A DNA stretch of 63,183 nt, the filler included, from Vezdaea acicularis (taxonomy: Eukaryota): assembly GCA_026025075.1 (NCBI GenBank). It is 5 parts of 5 records of this genome, joined end to end, with 100 filler letters (N's around TTAATTAATTAA, not from the genome) between each part and the next. Parts side by side here need not be neighbours in the genome. Positions count along the whole stretch, not along the records: positions 56,312 to 63,183 come from JAPEUI010000280.1; 4 more parts are not named here. One strand, written 5' to 3'. Both the position numbers and the translations under genes were made by a program. The first letter of the stretch is position 1; each line of letters begins with the position of its first letter. Under the pieces are notes generated by a model, which saw only the letters and a program-made list of their open reading frames with translations, ran no database searches and had not been told where the DNA came from. Shown here in pieces: positions 63,060 to 63,183 of the stretch.

Positions 63060-63183
63060 TTAGGGTTAGGGTTAGGGTTAGGGTTAGGGTTAGGGTTAGG
63101 GTTAGGGTTAGGGTTAGGGTTAGGGTTAGGGTTAGGGTTAGGGTTAGGGTTAGGGTTAGGGTTAGGGTTAGGGTTAGGGTTAG
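63060..63183 (+). repeat. Telomeric repeat (TTAGGG)n
   Basis: 20 perfect TTAGGG units plus TTAG, running to the end of the sequence in right-end orientation. Confidence 0.97.

Overview
Eukaryotic DNA from a filamentous ascomycete (Pezizomycotina-type genes, short GT..CTRAC..AG introns, TTAGGG telomere). It is five separate contigs joined by artificial 100-nt spacers (44 N + TTAATTAATTAA + 44 N): 1-14304, 14405-28643, 28744-42470, 42571-56211 and 56312-63183. Contigs 2-5 are very gene-dense housekeeping DNA: VAMP7-type SNARE, ModF-like ABC ATPase, ASI-type RING ligase, ULA1, SDR, UBA2, Nrd1/Mrn1-type RRM protein, AsnRS, DNA ligase I, agmatinase, BUB1, HAT1, ZIP transporter, annexin, dynactin p25, ARF6, SGF29 and mannose-6-phosphate isomerase. 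The last contig runs into a telomere about 335 bp after the PMI stop codon. Contig 1 is accessory DNA: an apparently intact CxC1-KDZ (Kyakuja-type) transposase and a divergent HMG-box gene. Between them lie captured, intron-containing host gene pieces, including a duplicated, C-terminally truncated but frame-intact ribosomal P0/uL10 and a J-domain exon, joined by GC-rich micro-elements. The contig ends in a nested 66+9n bp repeat array. The most interesting signals are this cargo-carrying KDZ element, an unclassified ~185-nt highly structured Pol III-like RNA candidate at 51712-51898 (-), the subtelomere-less chromosome end with a perfect hairpin, and tandem splice donors controlling the PCNA-binding box of DNA ligase I. 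All calls are by eye; no database searches were run.
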